A stretch of 29,595 nt of DNA from a virus (lineage: Duplodnaviria; Heunggongvirae; Uroviricota; Caudoviricetes): IMG/VR virus record IMGVR_UViG_2558860274_000007; one strand, written 5' to 3'. The translations under genes and the position numbers were made by a program. The notes below the pieces were generated by a model that had not been told where the DNA came from, made no database searches, and saw nothing but the letters and a program-made list of their open reading frames with translations. Shown one piece after another: positions 26,098 to 29,595 of this stretch. How positions within the stretch are numbered: position 1 is the stretch's first letter; each line of letters opens with the position of its first letter.

Positions 26098-26362
26098 ATG
26101 AGCCAAAAGCCTCTGAACAACGCCTGCTGAGTTGCTCAACCTGTGCATTTAAATCAGCAAAAGACTTTGCGCTTCCGGTCAGAATATCGTGATGCATCAG
26201 GCCGGAAACGAGCTGGCTTAATTTCGGGTAATAACCAACCACTGCCAGCCATTCCTGACCGGCGTTTTTACCGCTTTCCGCTCTCTTTTTCTCGTGGAGA
26301 ATAAACTGAAAGCTGTCACTGGTAACGACATAACGTTCGCCAATTTCAATACGAATACTCAC
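26087..26362 (-). CDS. Hypothetical early protein (P2 orf83-equivalent position), 91 aa
   Basis: ORF begins with GTG overlapping the stop of the TraR-like gene (GTGA). Start is uncertain. Confidence 0.5.
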   Translation of the reverse strand: MSIRIEIGERYVVTSDSFQFILHEKKRAESGKNAGQEWLAVVGYYPKLSQLVSGLMHHDILTGSAKSFADLNAQVEQLSRRCSEAFGSYGR

Positions 26363-26583
26363 GCCGTTCTCCGGTAATGTTTGTTTTTTGCTTCAAAGAC
26401 TGACTGACAGGAAACACAACGCGTGGCTGACGGATAAGCCGCACGACGGGCAGCAGGTATTGGCGCGTCACACTCTTCGCAAACCAGCGCAGAAGCACCG
26501 CAATGTTTTACCCTTGCCGCGTTAATCTGGCGCTCCAGTAATTCAGCCTGTTGTTCCTGAATAAAATCTACGTTGTCCGGCAT
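26359..26583 (-). CDS. TraR/DksA-family C4 zinc-finger protein, 74 aa (P2 orf82-like)
   Basis: C-terminal CEECDAPIP...RCVSCQ four-cysteine motif typical of the TraR/DksA family. Confidence 0.8.
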   Translation of the reverse strand: MPDNVDFIQEQQAELLERQINAARVKHCGASALVCEECDAPIPAARRAAYPSATRCVSCQSVFEAKNKHYRRTA

Positions 26584-26585
26584 TA

Positions 26586-26888
26586 TCAGCTCCTTTTATC
26601 GTTAAGTTTCCTGGATACATCAGCGCAATAACTGGCAAGTTCTGTCGTTAATTTCGTCAGTTCATCCACGGAGGAAATTTGCTTGTGAAATACAGCGCGT
26701 TTAACAAGTAAATTGACCACATCAGACAGGAGGTTTAATTCACTCTGATAAATCGCGATAACAGATTCAGTTATTTCGCGTTTTTCTTTATCAAGACCAA
26801 GTTGAATAAGAGACAAATCGCCATTTTTCATAACGGCGATTTTTAAGGCATTGTTCAGTAAAACAACTGAACGAGAACAGGACATCAA
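26586..26888 (-). CDS. Hypothetical early protein, 100 aa (P2 orf81-equivalent position)
   Basis: ORF in an operon-like array between B and A; no domain recognised. Confidence 0.55.
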   Translation of the reverse strand: MMSCSRSVVLLNNALKIAVMKNGDLSLIQLGLDKEKREITESVIAIYQSELNLLSDVVNLLVKRAVFHKQISSVDELTKLTTELASYCADVSRKLNDKRS

Positions 26889-27109
26889 AGCACCTCCCCG
26901 CGAGACAATCCGATGTTGTGAAATTTTTCCGACTCCTGACTGAGCAGCTCGACTATCTCCACGCGGGATAACTCCGCCTTTGTGATGTGGCGAATCATGG
27001 CGTCAAGATGAGAAGAAAAGCGCGTCGCTGCATCGGCCTGTGCTTCGGTTCTGGCCTGTTGCAGCAGTAATGCGTATTTACCGCACTGATTTTCAGAAAC
27101 TGTATGCAT
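26885..27109 (-). CDS. Hypothetical early protein, 74 aa (P2 orf80-equivalent position)
   Basis: Start chosen at the ATG for MHTVSENQ, with GGAGAAAG upstream. The track ORF is 11 codons longer. Confidence 0.6.
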   Translation of the reverse strand: MHTVSENQCGKYALLLQQARTEAQADAATRFSSHLDAMIRHITKAELSRVEIVELLSQESEKFHNIGLSRGEVL

Positions 27110-27172
27110 GACTTTCTCCAGGCAAAAAGAAGCCCCGCACAATTAAGTGCGTTAAAAACTCTGGTTAATTAC

Positions 27173-27673
27173 TTAATGCAGATATTGCTCTGGTTTTACC
27201 GACGTCAGAATTGTCGGTGCATACTCAAACAGGCTGAATAATTCACGTAATGCACGGAATAAAGCATCACGCCAGTAACATGATTCTTCATTAATTCGCC
27301 AGTATGGCTGGTTAAATTCTTTTTCTGTCAGTCGTGCGTGCATAAATAAAGTACGGCGCTGACTGACGGTTAAAAAACTAATATATGCATACTCACTTGC
27401 GCCAACCTGACGGCGTTTTGAGAATGCCCCACGCAGTTCATCAATTGCACAAACCAGCCGTTCACGTTCGACGTCGTTCATTTCTTCAAAACGCATCGTT
27501 GCGTGACGTTGTTTTAACTGCGCATGAAAGCAAACTGTTAGCCGTTCGCGCTCCATCATCTGATTATAATAATCACATGTATCCTGCCAGCGAGGGACGG
27601 CAAGATGCTTACCAATTATCCGGCGCATAGCTGCTGGCTGTTTTTCGACGAGATTGAGCGTCATCACTGTCAT
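27173..27673 (-). CDS. B: Replication protein B (helicase-loader-like), 166 aa
   Basis: 166-aa ORF MTVMTLNLVEKQPAAMRRIIGKHLAVPRWQDT...; P2 gpB size and position. Confidence 0.9.
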   Translation of the reverse strand: MTVMTLNLVEKQPAAMRRIIGKHLAVPRWQDTCDYYNQMMERERLTVCFHAQLKQRHATMRFEEMNDVERERLVCAIDELRGAFSKRRQVGASEYAYISFLTVSQRRTLFMHARLTEKEFNQPYWRINEESCYWRDALFRALRELFSLFEYAPTILTSVKPEQYLH

Positions 27674-27840
27674 TTCCAGACCCTCCGGCTTTTCAGAAAG
27701 GTCAGAGCCTTTTTTAACGGACTCTGTTTTTTGGTGCGGATAATGATTCCCTTACGCCCCTTACCGTGGGTGATGGTGAAGTCAATCGCCCTGGGGCTTT
27801 CGTTACGCAGTAACTGAGCAATACAACGCGGCTCATTCAT
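27670..27840 (-). CDS. Small early protein (P2 orf78-like), about 56 aa
   Basis: Start chosen at the internal ATG for MNEPRCIAQ, with GGATGGGG upstream. The track ORF starts 9 codons earlier inside cox without a ribosome-binding site. Confidence 0.55.
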   Translation of the reverse strand: MNEPRCIAQLLRNESPRAIDFTITHGKGRKGIIIRTKKQSPLKKALTFLKSRRVWK

Positions 27841-27842
27841 AA

Positions 27843-28115
27843 TCACAACCCCATCCACAAAAGCCATGCATCACGCTGTTCAACCGGTCGGTTATAAAAC
27901 GCCTCACGTACAGCGCGATTAAACTCAGGAATGAAAACCCATTTTTCACCGGCACGAGCCTTCGGTTTGCAAGGATCACGCAATTCAATAATTGGTAATT
28001 TATTTGCCTTCACCATTTCACTGACGGCTGTCTTTGGCTTCCCTAATAAATCAGCAAATTTATCCACATGAACCGCATCAAGCGGATACTGAATCACATA
28101 ATTTTCAGCGTCCAT
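27843..28115 (-). CDS. cox: Cox-like excisionase / early transcriptional regulator, about 90 aa
   Basis: First gene of the early operon, divergent from C. Start chosen at the ATG for MDAENYVIQ, with GAGGG 8 nt upstream. Sequence is diverged from P2 Cox but of the same size, with the WLLWMGL C-terminal motif. Confidence 0.78.
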   Translation of the reverse strand: MDAENYVIQYPLDAVHVDKFADLLGKPKTAVSEMVKANKLPIIELRDPCKPKARAGEKWVFIPEFNRAVREAFYNRPVEQRDAWLLWMGL

Positions 28116-28190
28116 ATATGGTACCCTCATAGGATCCAGCCCTTTCTAAACCACTCAAAACCGTTTAGACGCTGGTTTATTCTCAAATCA

Positions 28191-28241
28191 ATGGAACCTA
28201 TATAGGTTCCATTTTTGAGGGAATTTAGTCCCTATATAGGC
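28191..28241. promoter_or_regulatory. Immunity control region between cox and C: putative operators and divergent promoters
   Basis: Perfect 22-bp palindrome ATGGAACCTATATAGGTTCCAT, and the decamer CCTATATAGG repeated directly about 34 bp apart; TATA-containing cores suggest overlap with -10 elements. Confidence 0.45.
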
Positions 28242-28251
28242 ACCATGTCAA

Positions 28252-28545
28252 ATGAAATTAAGCGAAAAGATTAAGGCCTTGCGTGAGGCTGAAGGGCTAA
28301 GCCAATCAAAATTCTGTGAAATCATAGAGTTACCGCTAAGCACACTTAAAAAATATGAAGGAGGAAACTTTGAACCCGGTGGCACAGCTTTGCTAAAAAT
28401 CACTATGCATCCCACATTCCAAAAATATGCTCTATGGCTTATGACAGATAAAACCGCGCCGGACGCAGGACAAATCGCACCGGCTCTCGCGCACATTGGG
28501 CCAGAGTCAACAGAGTCCAACCACTCCGAGAAAAGGATTGGCTAA
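28252..28545 (+). CDS. C: C immunity repressor, 97 aa
   Basis: MKLSEKIKALREAEGLSQSKFCEIIELPLSTLKKYEGGNF... with a C-terminal QIAPALAH motif as in P2 C; helix-turn-helix-like N-terminus; divergent from cox. Confidence 0.85.
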   Translation: MKLSEKIKALREAEGLSQSKFCEIIELPLSTLKKYEGGNFEPGGTALLKITMHPTFQKYALWLMTDKTAPDAGQIAPALAHIGPESTESNHSEKRIG

Positions 28546-28614
28546 CTCTATATAAAGATTACATTTTCACCATTTGCTACCAAGATGGTGAATACAGCGC
28601 CGGAGGGCTTTCTT

Positions 28615-29595
28615 ATGGCAATTAAGAAGCTCGATGATGGTCGCTATGAAGTGGACATTAGACCTCGCGGTCGCGACGGAAAACGCATCCGCAGGAAATT
28701 CGAAAGAAAAGCTGAAGCACTAGCATTTGAGCGATACACAATCGCCAATGCCAGTCAGAAAGAATGGGGAGGCCAGCGAGCAGACCGCCGGACTTTGAGT
28801 GAGTTGCTGGACATCTGGTGGAAATATCACGGGCAAAACCACGAGCATGGAACAAAAGAGTTTAATCATCTACTCAAAACCATCAGCGGCATAGGTGATA
28901 TACCAGTGAACAGGATGAGCAAAAGGGCTTTGATGGATTATCGTTCCATGCGACTACGTGATGGTATCAGTGCCGCAACGATAAACCGTGACATGTACCG
29001 ATTATCCGGCATGTTCACAAAATTAATTCAATTGGATGAATTTTCCGGGCAACACCCAATTCACGGACTGCCGCCACTGGCGGAGACCAACCCTGAAATG
29101 ACGTTCCTGGAAAAAGCAGAAATCGAAAAACTGTTAAATGTTTTGGCTGGTGATGACTTACTTGTCGCGCTTTTATGTCTGAGCACTGGAGGAAGATGGA
29201 CGGAAGTTGCCACGCTAAAACCAGCACAGATTACAAATTGCAGGGTTACCTTCCTGAAAACCAAAAACGGTAAAAAGCGAACCGTGCCGATTTCTGAGGA
29301 ACTGGAGAAAAAAGTTAAAGAGGAGGCCAGCGCCAAATTATTCAAAGTTGATTATGAGAAATTTTGCGGGATTTTACGCAGAGTGAAACCTGATATACCA
29401 CCCAATCAGGCAACCCATATCCTGCGGCATACATTCGCAAGCCATTTCATGATGAATGGGGGCAATATAATCGCACTGCAACAGATTCTGGGACATGCGA
29501 GCATTCAGCAGACGATGGCCTATGCGCACCTTGCGCCTGACTATCTGCAAAATGCCGTCGCTCTGAATCCACTAAAAGGCGGAGTGACGTTATAA
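28615..29595 (+). CDS. int: Tyrosine integrase, 326 aa
   Basis: Start at the ATG for MAIKKLDDGRYEVDIRPRGRDGKRIRRKF (P2 Int N-terminus), with GGAGGG 7 nt upstream. C-terminal catalytic region HILRHTFASHFMMNGG...LGHASIQQTMAYAH carries the R..H-x-x-R...Y residues. Confidence 0.92.
   Translation: MAIKKLDDGRYEVDIRPRGRDGKRIRRKFERKAEALAFERYTIANASQKEWGGQRADRRTLSELLDIWWKYHGQNHEHGTKEFNHLLKTISGIGDIPVNRMSKRALMDYRSMRLRDGISAATINRDMYRLSGMFTKLIQLDEFSGQHPIHGLPPLAETNPEMTFLEKAEIEKLLNVLAGDDLLVALLCLSTGGRWTEVATLKPAQITNCRVTFLKTKNGKKRTVPISEELEKKVKEEASAKLFKVDYEKFCGILRRVKPDIPPNQATHILRHTFASHFMMNGGNIIALQQILGHASIQQTMAYAHLAPDYLQNAVALNPLKGGVTL

Larger units (their letters stand above)
1..29595. mobile_element. P2-like prophage, inverted relative to the P2 map; window runs from the ogr stop to the int stop. 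Defective (capsid and lysis genes deleted).
   Basis: Collinear set of P2-type late, replication and immunity genes with matching protein lengths; P2 cos sequence at 19627-19645; attL and attR lie outside the window. Confidence 0.9.

Noticed and set aside
26098-26148. 17-codon upstream extension of gene A (MHRLSNSAGVVQRLLAH)
   Set aside because: P2 gpA begins MAVKASGRF and is 761 aa; the extension overlaps the upstream gene.
1-29595. CRISPR arrays, tRNA or rRNA genes
   Set aside because: No regularly spaced short direct repeats and no tRNA-like cloverleaf candidates were seen; the only notable repeats are the P-fragment duplication, tail-fiber internal repeats and the operator-like palindromes.

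Overview
The window is almost entirely a P2-like (Peduovirus-type) prophage from an enterobacterial host, lying inverted relative to the canonical P2 map. Gene order: ogr, D, U, T, E/E', FII, FI, [cargo gene], G, H, I, J, W, V, [cargo gene], S, R, lysC/lysB, [deletion scar], O (all minus strand), then P, Q, cos, [3-gene cargo cassette], two small genes, A, four small early genes, B, orf78, cox (minus), then C and int (plus), ending at the int stop. Most structural and replication proteins match P2 in length and recognisable sequence; these identifications are from memory of the P2 proteins, not from a search. Three regions stand out as AT-rich cargo at the positions known to be variable in P2-like phages: (1) after cos, a ParB-like protein plus a putative Mrr-like nuclease, convergent with a complete C5-cytosine methyltransferase; (2) a 299-aa protein of unknown function between FI and G; (3) a 261-aa three-helix membrane protein between V and S. 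The cassette in (1) is the best candidate for an undescribed defence or restriction-modification-like system. The prophage is defective: N, M, L, X, Y, K and most of lysA are missing between O and lysB, and a diverged ~130-bp copy of an internal terminase (P) segment sits between U and D, changing the U C-terminus. No tRNA, rRNA or CRISPR array was seen. Coordinates of non-CDS features are hand-counted and may be off by 1-2 bp.
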